Assembly: GCF_006345805.1 (NCBI RefSeq)
Contig: NC_043009.1
Coordinates: forward strand, 31,372,001 to 31,436,000
Length of the DNA stretch: 64,000 nucleotides
Direction of reading: 5' to 3'
Source of the DNA: Octopus sinensis
Lineage: Eukaryota
The translations under genes were made by a program, and so were the position numbers. Shown piece after piece: positions 25,166 through 38,409 of this stretch. The notes under the pieces were generated by a model, which was given only the letters and a program-made list of their open reading frames with translations, did no database searches and had not been told where the DNA came from. Each line of letters opens with the position of its first letter. Within the stretch, counting starts at the first letter, position 1.

Positions 25166-25611
25166 TACTGCCATCACTATGGGAGTGTACTTTGAAATAA
25201 ATGTTCTGAAAACTCTGTAATATCTGACAACTATGTAAGGTGCTTTAATTGATAAGTATCATAATAAACTGAAAATTAATTAGTGATTAGCCTTGAAGAT
25301 TCTACAAAAGGAGAGAAAAAGAGACAATAATATAAAAATATTAAAAATAATAATAATGATGATGATGATGATGATAATATTGGTTTCAAATTTTGGCAAA
25401 AGTTTTGAAGGAAGGGGAAGTCGCTTACATCAACCCCAGTGGTCAACAGGTACTTATTTTATCAACCCCAAAAGGATGAATAACAATGTCAAACTTGGCA
25501 GAATTTGAACACAGAATGTAAAGATGGACAAAATGTTGCTAAGCATTCTGCCCAGCGTGCCAACACATCTGCCCACTTGCTGTCTTAATGACTATATAAA
25601 TAATAATAATG

Positions 25612-25669
<58 letters not shown>

Positions 25670-25689
25670 TAAAAATAATGATAATGATA

Positions 25690-26070
25690 GGGTTAATTGT
25701 GAAAGAAGGCAAATGATGCTGGATCATTGGTATAGGATGCCCAGCTGACTACAAGGTATGCGATAAGGATGAAAGAAATGTCAATAGATATGAGAGGTTA
25801 GCTTGGGAGGTTAAGCAGTTGTGGTCACTGAAAAAGGTGGTAGTAGTACTAATAATTGCTGGAGCCCTGGCAACAGTGAGTAAAATATTGAGAAGTACAT
25901 AGAACAAATAGGGGTTGCAATAAGGATGGAGCAATTGCAGAAAACAGCACTGCTTGGAACCGCTCAAATACTCCAGAAGGTGTTTGAAAAATAAGAGGTG
26001 TTACCTTAGTTCACTGGTAGTGAACAGCTGACACCATCGTCCATCTCCAGCATTAGAAGCTGTGGAAAGA
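25690..26070 (+). mobile_element. R4/Dong-type 3' fragment (second family)
   Basis: IIAGALATVSKILRST..EQLQKTALLGTAQILQKV; flanked by (TAA)n. Confidence 0.8.
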
Positions 26071-26088
26071 AAATAATAATAATAATAA

Positions 26089-26394
26089 TGTTGTTTATTT
26101 CTCGTCGTAATGTAGAACTGGTGTATGTGTTCTCTGGAGGGAAAACCAACAGCCGAATCTGTAGTACTGATTCTTGTTTGTTAGTCGAAATGATTCATTG
26201 TGGTTCGCTGCTTGGTTGGTGTGAAGTCCTCAGAGACTGCCAATACACGTCCGTTCACGAGGGCTGCTAGGGCCAGAGAGGCTGAGTGAGTGGACTGCGT
26301 TTTAGGAGTCAGTTTCCTGCACATGCGCATGGGGAAGACTTCAGGTGGCCAACCGGAAGTAATCCCATTCTGCGCATGTGCGCTGAACCTTACA
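26089..26394 (-). mobile_element. Probable solo LTR (306 bp)
   Basis: The minus strand begins TGTAAG and ends AATAAACAACA (TG...CA with a terminal polyA signal). It is CpG-rich relative to its surroundings. No clear target-site duplication. Confidence 0.55.
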
Positions 26395-26414
26395 CAGCAG
26401 CATCACTACAATAA

Positions 26415-27400
26415 TAATAACAACAAAATAATACTAATGATAATTTCTTTATTGGCCACAAAAACAATTAGGGACAATACAAAAGAAGGGACAAGTGGGG
26501 TTTAAAACAGAAAAATGTGTAAACAAAAAAAAACAGTTAACAACATCAAAAATTAAACAAAATTCCCAAAAGTGGTGAGTTCCACCCAAGGTTAACCAGA
26601 GTACTCCACATATTCTGGTCATCCCAACTGCCAAGGGCACGCCAGATAGGTGCCTCTCTTCCCCTTGACTGCCATGGCTTACAGATGAATATTCAGAGTA
26701 GGCCCATTCGCATGAACCATTTTCGCAACATTCACCCACCTTTCAACAACCTTACTGAGGAGTGGCGCAGTACTTCCCTCTCTACCCTCACTTTCCTTTT
26801 CTAGTGGAACTTGTAAAAGTCGATGAGGGCTCGGCCGAAGAGTAAAGTGTCTGTATTCAGTCCTTTCATCCTTGTCCACCTTGTCTACCACACCGCTTTC
26901 ACTATAGCCACCAGGCAGAAGAAAACTGCTTTTCCCTACTGGCCAAAAGAAGGCGGAGGGGCAATCCTCAAAATGGACTCGGCTGATAACTGGATCTCTC
27001 CTACGCTTGACAACAGCTGTCTGACAAAGTTCCACAGGTCAGTAATGCACGAACACTGGACGAGTGCATGCAGAACAGTTTCATCGCCCTGCACACACCT
27101 CAAACACGTCAGTTTGACAACACTTCTGTGTCTGTAGAGCTTTCTTGAACCAGCACAACTCCCCGCTAGCACTGCCAGGCCAGAGATTTCTGGAATTTAT
27201 CCATAAGCCCTGGTCCAAAACTCTCGTCCAGAAAAGACCAGTTACGTGACCCCTCTCAATGCCCAGAGTTTCCCCAAGTACATTATCGCACTTTCCCTCC
27301 ACTAATCCTCTATGGAACTCTATGGTGGAACTTTCACCGATCATGTTGTCCAAAAGGCAGAAGGCCATGAGCACTTGCCGACACTCCAGGTGCTATTACT
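26415..27400 (-). mobile_element. L1/Tx1-type LINE 3' end, degenerate
   Basis: ORF 26936..27172 contains a CCHC knuckle CLRC-x7-H-x4-C (CLRCVQGDETVLHALVQC) and LW; AATAAA and a simple-repeat tail lie near 26420-26460. Confidence 0.75.
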
Positions 27401-27768
27401 TTGAACTTTTCCACCCTTCCTCTTCTCCTCCCCCTTTCCTGTACTGTTGTCAGGCAGGGCAATTTTTTTTCTTTAACTCTTCCAAGATGTGTTCTGTCAT
27501 CTTGTTCATTTATATTGGATTAAAACATCCACCAAATTTATTTGGGGCCGAATATATCCCTATTAGGAGATAAACGAACACAGGAACCCAACGCCAGGTC
27601 CCTAGTGTCTCTGTTATCAAACTGGGAAAATGTTTAAACGGAAAAAATGGCAACAAACGGGTGTAAGCAAAAGTTTTCAACAAGACATATTTCAGGCGAT
27701 CGAAAGTATGTATGTTGTATTCAGCAGTAAATATACTACTACTACTACTACTACTACTAATAATAATG

Positions 27769-27833
<65 letters not shown>

Positions 27834-27889
27834 CATGATAATAATCATAATAATAATAATAGTAATAATAATAATAATAAAAATAAAGT

Positions 27890-28470
27890 GGAGGAGCATC
27901 ATAACCATGTGTTATGAGAAATTCTTTCGGGTATGGGTTAGGGATAATTCACCTTTGGAAACATGGGTGTTTTGTTCATCATTCTTAAACAACCCTTATT
28001 CAGGGACCATTTGAGTGGGATGAGCTACTTAACCCCCAAAAATATTCTAACTGGGCCCCACCTGCAAGGTCATGTGCTGTTAATTTTGATATGAGATCAC
28101 CATGTCCTGCACATATGGTTGTGATGCATGTGCCTGATGTACCCATATGAGACAGGTAGTCATGATGGGTATACTGGGCTTCGTATATTTTACCCTAGTG
28201 TCACTTTGATGGCATGCACTGCTCTCTCACTCAATAATAATAATAATAATAATATATGCCTTGATGTATTACCATGCATTGGCTCTCATAGCTTCTGATC
28301 TTAACTGATGGAAGTGGTTAAAGTACATATTTTGTCTTGGTATAAAAGATGGGCTACAGCAAATATTCTGCTCAGTACCACAGATTTGCCATGCTCAGAT
28401 GCAGTACCAGGCAGTAGCTTTGATGGATTCTGATCTTAACTGATTGGAAGCGTTATCAACTCTTATTCAG
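27890..28470 (-). mobile_element. Non-coding interspersed repeat family D, rearranged inverted copy
   Basis: Reverse-complement matches to 30232-30560 and 30640-30775. Confidence 0.75.
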
Positions 28471-28798
28471 GGACCTTTTGAGCTGCAAATTGGTAGATTT
28501 ACAAGGTCGCTGGCTAAATACCTAGAATGTCTTGCTTGCAACGTATTTGAGATCCCTGAATCTTTGTCCCCTTATTCTAATTCTGGCCACTACACTTTCA
28601 ATATCCCCTTCTTTCATTGCTGATTAGTTCACAATAGTGAAATGTAGTTTTGTTATTTTCAAGTGAATGGAAACAAAATATAGCGACATATTTTTTTCTA
28701 ATGACAACAGTGAATGGTTATGTTCAAAATATGAAGGTGGGTGGTCATATATGGTGTTGGTGGTAGTGGTAAAGGAAAAAAGCTATCCATCATTATCA

Positions 28799-28901
28799 CT
28801 ATTCCTTTGAGGCATCACCAATAAGAGTATCAGCCTTTTTAGCTTCAACTACACTACCATGGCTGTGTTTACCAACTTCAACATTACTTTCATCTTCTTT
28901 A
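28799..28901 (-). CDS. Candidate terminal exon: (N)KEDESNVEVGKHSHGSVVEAKKADTLIGDASKE*
   Basis: Acceptor cactgttttctatataag|; phase 2 joins the previous exon; ends TAG TGA; an internal alternative donor TTG|gtaaac lies at ~28872. Confidence 0.5.
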
Positions 28902-29345
28902 CTTATATAGAAAACAGTGATTATTGCATTCACCGATATAGGGAATAGCCACTGAGCTGAATAAACTCTCTGGGCATGCAATTAAAACAGCATAAATTTA
29001 AATAACCATCCATGTATTATACTTAATGTATATAGACCATTAACTGGCATGTTGCTGTTGCTGTTAGAGTGGAGTGAGAGATTTTGTCTAGGTATGGAAC
29101 TAGCAAGTACACTACCTTAACAAGTCTGAAGGGAGCTGAACAATGTCTGGCGTTATTGTGGGTGATGACTGAGATACTTTTTGTCTCACTCCAATGCATA
29201 TTTTGTTTTCAACATAGCATATCTATGAAGAGATTTTCTCTCTGACAAAAAAAACACAACACAGCATCATGCCTATCTATGGTTTATATATTTAAATATG
29301 AAATATCTCTCTCCCTCCCCCTCTTTCTCTCTCTCTCTCTCTCTC

Positions 29346-29387
<42 letters not shown>

Positions 29388-29410
29388 TATATGGAATATA
29401 TATATATACA

Positions 29411-29445
<35 letters not shown>

Positions 29446-29449
29446 CTGA

Positions 29450-29484
<35 letters not shown>

Positions 29485-29681
29485 ATATGGTTGAATATTC
29501 AATACTTCTCGAGATGTATATTTTCCATTTTTAATTTGGAAACAATCATGGCTAAAACAGAAAGGGGGTTGGGGGAGAGAGGGAGGGAGAAAGAAGACAG
29601 AAAGAGGGGTGGAGTGAGTTTCATATTCCTCCTGCTTTCGCTGACAGACTGAAATCTATTTCATCAGAATGGAAGAATTAC

Positions 29682-29725
29682 TTATCACTTCCATGTATCT
29701 CTGACAAATTCAATAGACTTTTTCT
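29682..29725 (-). CDS. Candidate exon (44 nt, phase 0 to 2): RKSLLNLSEIHGSD
   Basis: Strong acceptor ttaatcttgcatatttcag|, donor TAA|gtaatt; phase matches both neighbours. Confidence 0.5.
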
Positions 29726-30042
29726 CTGAAATATGCAAGATTAATAAAAGTTTATAACTGTGAGATTGTAATTTAACACAACGAAATATGAAAAAGGCAA
29801 AGGAAAAAAAAGCAGAAAGAAAAAAGATTAACGTATCAAATTTGGCAGTGAGAACTATTTCAATCATCTTAACAGCAAAACTCATCTTTTTCATCTGATT
29901 ATTTGCATAAAGGAAAGCATTATCATTATTATTATTATTATTATCATCATCATTATCATTATAAGTAGTAGTAGTAGAGGCATTATTATTATTAATCATG
30001 TATCATTAATGTTACTATTCTTCCTGTTACTAATAATGCAGT

Positions 30043-30208
30043 GAGCTGGAAGAATCACAGTTCTTTGCATTCTGAGTTCAAATTCCACCAAAGTTGACTT
30101 AGCCTGTCATGCTTTTGAGCTTGATAAAACAAGTACCAGTGGATCCCTGGGTCTGTTGTAATTGATTCACCCCCAAAGTTTCCAGCCCTGTGCCAAAAGT
30201 TTGAAGCA
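30043..30208 (+). mobile_element. Short SINE family C (representative copy)
   Basis: GAGCTGG(C)AGAATC..TTCTGAGTTCAAATTCC..GATAAA..AGTACCAG..CCTTGTGCC. Other copies at ~4905-5100(-), 19435-19570, 25380-25585(-), 30955-31085, 32900-33062, 36840-37035, 46445-46635(-), 51672-51885(-), 52415-52610(-), and 62480-62975 (split by family B). Confidence 0.8.
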
Positions 30209-30231
30209 TTTAATATTATTATTATTATTAT

Positions 30232-30775
30232 TGAGAGAGCAGTGCATGCCATCAAAGTGACACTGGGGTAAAATGTACGAAACCCAGTATACCCATCATG
30301 ACTATGTGTCTGATAAGGATACACTAGGCACATGCATCCCAACCAAATGTGCACAACATGGTGATCTCATATCAAGATAAACAGCACATGACCTTGCAGG
30401 TGGGGCCCAGTTAGAATTTTCTTCTGGTTGAGTAACCCATCCCACTCAAAATGTTCCTGAATAAGGATTGTTTAAGGATGTTGAACGAACCACCCATGTT
30501 TCCAAAGGTGAATTATCCAAACCTCCAAGAATCCCTCTCAACAAATGGCTATAATGCTCTCCCACTACTTCTGCTCGTGATCAAAGATGCACATATTGTC
30601 AGCCACTAAGGGACATGCTCAACTGGTTATGGTTAAACAACTGACAAGCAAATCTGTGGTATTGAGCAGAATATCTACTGTAGCCCATCTCTTATACCAA
30701 GTCAAAACAAAGTACATGATAACACTTCCAATCAGTTAAGATCAGAAGCCATGAGAGCCACTGTCTAGTACATCA
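30232..30775 (+). mobile_element. Non-coding interspersed repeat family D (~540 bp)
   Basis: An inverted homolog lies at 27890-28470; both copies abut (TAA)n/(CAT)n tracts. Confidence 0.75.
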
Positions 30776-30802
30776 TCATCATCATCATCATCATCATTAT
30801 TA

Positions 30803-30914
<112 letters not shown>

Positions 30915-31109
30915 CAATCATATATTACTGTTGTTACTATTATTGCTATTACTAATAAGGTGGTAAGCTGGTAGAATCATTTCCAAAAACACTTTTGCTG
31001 TGTTTCTTCTGACTCTTTACAGTCTGAGTTCAAATCCTGCTGGGATCTATCTTGCCATTCATCCTTAAAGGTTTGATAAAATAAAGGATAACTATTATTA
31101 TTATTATTA

Positions 31110-32163
31110 TTATTCAGTAGTTTTATTTTTATAGCGTGCTTTCACTTCACTACCGAGCGCAGCTCTGTGTGCCTTGGGTATGTGCTGTGATTTGTTGTGA
31201 TGCTCTGATGGTTATTGTATGGAAAGTGTTCTGCGTAGGATGTGTGCAGTGCCTAGTAGTGCAATTTTCTGTATGTTATATGTGTTTGTAAGTCCTGGTG
31301 TTTTTGTTATGTATTTGTCTGAATATTTTTTTATCATGCCTAATGCACCTACTATGATAGGAATTGTTTCTGTTTTCAGATTCCACATTCTAGTTACCTC
31401 TATTTCCAGGTCTTTGTATTTTGAGAGTTTCTCCATTTCTTTTAGAGACACGTTGTCATCTGCCAGTATTGATACATCAATTAGAAAGCATTTTTTTTCG
31501 CATGATCTCTGACAACTATATCTGGTCTGTTGGCCTTAATTTCTCTATCTGTGTGTATCGGCATATCCCAGAGTATGGTTGCTTTCTCGTTTTCTGTGAC
31601 CTTTTCTGGTGTGTGCCTATACCATCTTTTTTCTATTGTTATTCCATAATGTTGGCATAGCTTCCAATGTATGTAGGTTCCAACTCTGTCATGTCTGTGA
31701 ATATATTCCTTCTTAGCCAGGACTGGGCAGCTAGAGATAATATGATTTATTGTTTCTTGTCCATCTCCACATATTCTGCAGTTACTTGTAATATTTCTTT
31801 TCATTACATGTTTTTAGTAATTTCTGGTGGGGAGGCTTTGGTCTTGTGCTGCAATTAAAAATCCCTCTGTTTCTGCTTTGAGTCCTGAGCTTCTCAACCA
31901 TTGCTGGGATTTTTCTTTGTCTATTTCTTTTGCGTTTAGTTTAGTCCAGTATTTACCATGAAGGGGCTTTTCTTGCCATCGTTTTATCCTGGTTCGTTGC
32001 TGTTCTATTTTTAGTTTGGATTTCATTTGTTTTATAGCTTTTGTTGTTTCTTCATCTTCTTCTTCTTCTTCATGTTTATTAGGTGGTATGATTTCTTGTT
32101 TGTATTTGTCAGCTTCCTTAAATACTGAGAACAGTTTTTTGTTTTGCTCGTGTTTTGCCGCTA
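31110..32163 (-). mobile_element. R4/Dong-clade RLE non-LTR retrotransposon, 3' ~1 kb
   Basis: KPLHG, LKAETEGFLIAAQDQSL, CCHC knuckle CRICG..ETINHIISSC, restriction-like PDIVV..KYKDL, and QKIALLGTAHILRR; flanked by (TTA)n on both sides. Confidence 0.92.
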
Positions 32164-32215
<52 letters not shown>

Positions 32216-32468
32216 GTTTGGCCTTTCCTTTGTATTTGTTCAAGTTAACTCCAAGTCTCAACCAGTGACCTCAAGTGACAAATTAGAAGTTCAAGTTGGT
32301 GTTATGACTAAGGTGCCATATACTTGGTTTTGCACAAAGTATTGTTTTAGAGACTGTCTGTCAAAACATAAATAAATTAGAAGTTTGTGTTTTAAAAATA
32401 ATTTGATTATAAGATGATAATCTGATGTTAAGATGACAATAAAAGCTGTTTGCTGTTTATTATTATTA

Positions 32469-32521
<53 letters not shown>

Positions 32522-32559
32522 ATTATTATTATTATTATTATCATTATTATTATTATTCC

Positions 32560-32875
32560 TTCATAATACACTGTAGGTAAAAATGCACCGGAGTCTTTAG
32601 TCCATCTGTCAAATCGCAACAAGGCCCTCAGACAGATAATACTTTCCTTAAGATGTGTGTTGTGCCCAATATGGCTGCTTTTTGCAAGATATCAATCTTG
32701 CATGGGATCTCCAGTTGTCTTAAGAAGTCTTGAAGTTTCAATGGAACTGAGCCCAACACTCTGATCCCCACTGGTACCTCTTTTGCATTAACCTCTCGCA
32801 TTCCATACAGTTTTGCCATTTCCACTTTCAATTGAGAGTATTTGGTGAGATTTTCAACCTCTTTACTCACAACAT
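32560..32875 (-). mobile_element. R4/Dong-type 3' fragment (third family)
   Basis: ORF 32628..32870 reads TKYSQLKVEMAKLYG..LGSVP..LQKAAILGTTHILRKVL; flanked by (TTA)n. Confidence 0.8.
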
Positions 32876-33068
32876 TTATTATTATTATTATGAAGGAAGT
32901 GTGCTGGCAGAATCATTAGTATGCTGGCCAAACTGCTTAGCGGCATTTCACCTGTTGCTGTGTTCTGAGTTCAAATTCTGCCGAGGTTGACTTTATAAAT
33001 TAAATGCCAGCTGAGTACTGGGGTCGATGTAATAGATTACCCTCTTTCCCCAATAATAGAAAGGATTA

Positions 33069-33108
<40 letters not shown>

Positions 33109-33429
33109 AGCTAATGTGATTATCTTCAGCAGCAGTAACATTATTGCCAGTGTTAGTATTTACCTTTCCATTAGAACTACTTCAAATATTAATAATGTCT
33201 TTACTTACAATAGTTTTAATACTACGACAGCAAAATATCAGGAGAGACCGTGATGACTACCAGCTGAGCAGTGAAGTGTCTCAGTTGAATGGAATATCAG
33301 CAAGTAGTTAGATACAACTGCAATATCTCATAAATTGATAGCAGAATATCAAATGAAATGGTTTGAGATTGGTTCACCGGCTTTCATCTCACATGTTTAT
33401 ATCCTTAAAAATTGATGAGCAGCTATTAC

Positions 33430-33615
33430 TGTGGGTGTTCTATTTAAGAGATTGCACAACACAGCAAGGTAATGACTAATTCTTCTGACTCTAAGATCTC
33501 TATTATGCATAATTAAATAGCATTTTGTTACAAACTCTTTATCTCTGCAGAGTCCCAATGGAGTACATGCAATCATTTTAGTAAGCTTATAAAAGGGCCT
33601 TTCAAACGTTTCCAC
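33430..33615 (-). CDS. Candidate exon (186 nt, phase 0 to 0): [28 protein letters not shown]...[15 protein letters not shown]
   Basis: Acceptor (ta)n-tcag|, donor ACA|gtaata; only one frame is open, for 62 codons of complex sequence. Confidence 0.5.
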
Positions 33616-33758
<143 letters not shown>

Positions 33759-34096
33759 CATATATACAGTAACTAATGTAACTTAGTAACCACTCTATTT
33801 AGTTGATAACAGATGCTTTGTGCTTATATAAATCGAATTCAACAGTCTTTTCAAACTATGTTTACATATTGGTGGTTATAAATATGCTTCATTTAAAGAT
33901 GAAATAATATTTTTTTCTGTCTAAATATATGCTGAATGCTTTTACTGTCTGACATAAAAGGAAATAACAGCAAAATTGTGACTCGTATATCTTGATGCCT
34001 TTATACACATATAAACATGCATGTGTATGTATGTATATATGTGTATATCTGCATATCCGTATATATATATATATATTATATATATATATATATATA

Positions 34097-34232
34097 TATG
34101 AGGGGGTTTTAAAAAGTTCCTGGCTTTGGGTAAAAGAAAATACAGGAGGATCAGTTAATTATGGTTTTATTCATCATATTCCACTCTCAGATTCTCACAT
34201 ATTGCAACGGTCCTTCAGTTATTCTAAGCCCT
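34097..34232 (-). mobile_element. Mariner 3' end with TIR remnant
   Basis: The minus strand resembles the mariner C-terminus (GL..LKDR.N.C.NLR.EY.E), followed by a TIR-like AGGAACTTTTTAAAACCCCCTCATA next to (TA)n. Confidence 0.55.
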
Positions 34233-34276
34233 GCATAAGCACTTGTATGTATTTACAATTCTTTAACAACAATTGC

Positions 34277-34360
34277 ATTGACAGAAACTTCGAAGTTTCA
34301 ATCATCTAAGCCATCATTGCACTATCTGTAGATGATGAAAACTTTCAAGTTTCTGTCAAT
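34277..34360. ncRNA. Pre-miRNA-sized hairpin candidate
   Basis: Arms 34277-34308 and 34329-34360 are complementary at 28 of 32 positions, with a 20-nt loop. Confidence 0.3.
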
Positions 34361-34498
34361 AATCTTCTTGTTAGAGAATAATAAATTTGTTCTCTACAAA
34401 TGTATTGCATAACCCATAAAATTCATTTAAAATTGTTTTTATTATAACTTCATAAAAAACAAACATTAATATATATATATATATCACACACATATATA

Positions 34499-34546
<48 letters not shown>

Positions 34547-34554
34547 TGGCTGAG

Positions 34555-34585
<31 letters not shown>

Positions 34586-34664
34586 GTCATCATAATCATT
34601 TTAATGTTCTTTTTCTATGCTCACATTGGTCAAATTGAATTTACTGTGGTGGATTTCTATGGTC

Positions 34665-34665
<1 letters not shown>

Positions 34666-34695
<30 letters not shown>

Positions 34696-35005
34696 TGTAT
34701 GTATGTATGTATGTATGTATGTATGTATGTATGCATGCATGTTTGTATGTATGTATGTATGTATGTATGTATGTATGTATGTATGTATGTATGTATGTAT
34801 GTATGTATGTATGCATGCATGTTTGTATGTATGTATGTATGGATGGATGGATGGATGTATGTATGTGTGTGTGTATGTATGTATGTATGTACGTACGTAT
34901 GTATGTATGTATGTATGTATGTATGTATGTATGTATGTATGTATGTATGAATGAATGTATGTATGTATGTATGTATGTATGTATGTATGTATGTATGTAT
35001 GTATG
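34666..35005. repeat. (TATG)n microsatellite
   Basis: Direct inspection. Confidence 0.95.
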
Positions 35006-35408
35006 AGTAGAGAGAAAGGAAGAGATGGTAAAATTTATATATTTTTCTGCCATATTTTAAATCTATTTATTGAAATAGTTTTAGATATTTCTTTAACAAA
35101 ACAACCATTTGACTTCACAATTTTTTTTTTTTTTTTTGCTGCTGTTCTGTTATGTTATTTCTTAAAAACCAGAATGTTCTGGTAGAAAACTCAGGTCAAG
35201 AACATCGTTAACTTTATGATTATTTAATTTTAAATGGTTTAGTTGTCTGGGGTGGAGGTAGGGGGGGACACTGTTTGGCTTTAACATGATTTCCTATAAA
35301 ATGGCATTACCAAATTCTATGTATGTATATGTATGAGTGTGTGTGTATATGCATGTGTGTACATATTTGTGTGAGTGTATCATCATCATAATTGTCATCA
35401 TCATTTAC

Positions 35409-35477
<69 letters not shown>

Positions 35478-35486
<9 letters not shown>

Positions 35487-35725
35487 TATGTATGTGAGTG
35501 TGTCTGTGTATGAGTGTACATATGTATGTGTGTGTCTGTGTATGAGTGTACATATGTATGTGTGTATGTCTGTGTATGAGTGTACATATGTATGTGTGTG
35601 TGTCTGTATGAGTGTACATATGTATGTGTGTGTGTCTCTATGAGTGTACATATGTATGTGTGTGTGTCTGTGTATGAGTGTACATCTGTATGTGTGTGTG
35701 TGTCTGTGTATGAGTGTACATATAT
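35478..35725. repeat. ~30-32-bp minisatellite derived from TG/TA repeats
   Basis: Repeated GTATGAGTGTACATATGTATGTGTGTGTCT(GT). Confidence 0.85.
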
Positions 35726-35894
35726 ATATGTGTGTATTTGAGTAATATTTTGTAAGCAGTCAAATAAATGATTTGCATAACCTTCTACATATCATGGCAC
35801 CCATTTACCTAATGTTTACATTTTAAAAGCTATATAAAACATCTTCAATAAAATCGAGTGTTTATTTGACTGTTCACTAAAGGAGGCACTGACA

Positions 35895-36250
35895 ATCAGC
35901 ATCAACATCAACATCAATGTTTCAGGTTCGAATTCCATGCTGGCATCAACTGGATTGCTAGACAGGATCTGATTGGTCTCAGAATTGCATCACTCTCCAA
36001 TGCCTACTTTGTTGTAGTCTCTACAGCTGGATGCTTTTTTTAATGGTAACCTTTTTACAAAGTTTACAGGGTGTTTTTTTCCATGGCACCAGCACTAGTG
36101 AAGTCCCCATGTGGTTCAGAAGGCTAATATCCCCTTTGGTTGAGTGAGGCTCCAATAGACAGGGAGACTGCTTTATGGAGGTGCTAAGAGGTGAGAGTAT
36201 GAAAGAAGGGGCAGGAACAGGTTTCTTACTGTCAAGGAAACACATAACTA
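35895..36250 (-). mobile_element. RTE-related 3'-end fragment (older)
   Basis: TTCCATGCTGGCAT..CTACAGCTGGATGC..CATGGCACCAGCACTAGTGA motif set. Confidence 0.55.
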
Positions 36251-37084
36251 TTCACTTGTAGAAAATTGGATGAAAGAAATCAGTGTAGAAATGGAAAGAG
36301 AGATAAAAATAGTGATGAAGTCACTATGTTGGTAATGTTTACAGTCAGGTATGGGATATTTTCAATAACATATCTTGTTAACCATGTCTTGTTATTATCT
36401 ATACTATATTATCAATGACATCACATTTCCTGTATCATAATGTTAATTATATTACAATATTATAATTTTCAATCTCACTGCATGGCACCTTGGGTAAGTG
36501 TCTTCTACTATAGTTGCGGGCCAACCAAAGCCTTCTGTGTGGATTTGGTAGATGGAAACTGAAAGATGCCTGTTGTATGTATATTTATATATATATGTAT
36601 ATATTTGTGTGTCTGTGTTTGTTCCCCAAGCATTGCTTGACAACCAATGCTGGTATGTTTACGTCCCTGTAACCTAGCAGTTCAGCAAAAGAGACCGATA
36701 TAATAAATACTAGGCTTACAAAGAATAAGTCCTGGGGTCAGTTTGTTTGACTAAAGGCAGTGCTCCAGTATGGCCACAATTAAATGACTGAAACAAAAAT
36801 AGGATAAAAGAAAAAAGAATATTAATTATATTACTAGGGCAACAAGCTGGCAAAATTGTTAAGATGTCAGGCAAAGTCCTAGCGACATTTTATCTTTTTT
36901 GATATTCTGAATCCAAAAACTGTTGGGGTCACTGTTGCCTTTCATGCTTACAGTAGGTAGCAGCTATGTACTGGGGTTGATGTAATCCACTTAACCCTCC
37001 TATGTAGCTGCTGGCCTGGTGCCAAAATTTGAAACCAAGACTATGTTACAATGTTACCTACATTAAATTGTAAAGTATGTACAC

Positions 37085-37630
37085 TCTTCATTTTACCACT
37101 CAACACCTTATGTCACAATGCTATTATTTTACAATGCTCATTATGTCACAATGTTTGTTATGTCACAATGATCATTATGATGCAATTTTCATTATGTCAC
37201 AATGCTCATTATGTCACAATGCTATTATTTTACAATGCTCATTATGTCACAATGCTAATTATGTTACAATGCTCATTAGGTTGCAATGCACATTATGTTA
37301 CAATGCTCATTATGTCACAATGCTCATCCTGTCACAATGCTCATTATGTTACAATGCCCATTATGTTACAATACTCATTATGTTGCAATACTCATTATGT
37401 CACAATGCTCATTATGTTGCAATGCTCGTTATGTTACAATGCTCATTATGTCACATTACTCATGCTGTCACAATGCTCATCCTGTCACAATGCTCATTAT
37501 GTTACAATGCTCATTATGTCACAATGCTTTTTAAGTTGCAATACTCATTATGTGACAATGCTTAAAATGTCACAATGCTCATTATGTTGCAATGCTCATT
37601 ATGTCACAATACTCATTATGATACAGTAGG
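37085..37630. repeat. 17-bp minisatellite (~30 units, decaying to ~37900)
   Basis: Unit TGTCACAATGCTCATTA with TGTTAC/TGTTGC variants; it generates the spurious ORFs 37051..37629 and 37077..37565. Confidence 0.92.
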
Positions 37631-38409
37631 AACTGCATTAGAATGTTAACTTTACCACAATATTAAATATATTACAGCAATGTTGTAACATTAACTGCAT
37701 CACTATGTTAACCATATCCTTGTTAACCTTACCACAGTGTTCATTATGTTACGATGTTCATGTAATGAGCTTCACCCTGTTACAAAATTACCCACGTTAC
37801 AATATCAACTATATTACAAACTTAACAACCTCATGACATTACCTATATCCCTCTGCTAACTGTACCATGATGTTCACCATGCTACACTGTTCACTATGTT
37901 CACATATTTAACGGTTTACATGTATGATTCTATTAGCTTGCTCAATGATAAATTTACAACACCGAAACTTGCAAGAAACACAAGTTGAGATAGAAATCTC
38001 AGCAGTAATAAATTTTACTATGATCTTGCGGATATATATATAACATTATATAAACAAAAACAAAAAAAACTGTCTGAGTAGAGGATAGAAAAAAATACAA
38101 TGCCGAGAAAACCAGCTTCACACATTGAGGAATTTCGTTAGTTGAGAAGCAAATGACCATCCCTATTTTTCATGTGCATGACATCCCTTCTGAGGAGGTG
38201 CCTAAAAGAGTTACAGCTTCCAACATAGATCATCGGTAATCTATCTGGCATCTTTTTCAGACTGGTAGACTTTTCTTTTTATCAAAGAGAAGTGATGTTG
38301 AAGTTGTTTAGATGAAGAAGGGGAAAAAATAAAAAGTAAAAATGGCTTTGTAGCGTTGAAATATGGCTTTGACAGTCATAGTTGAATGGAGTTCATTTTA
38401 TCATCCTAC

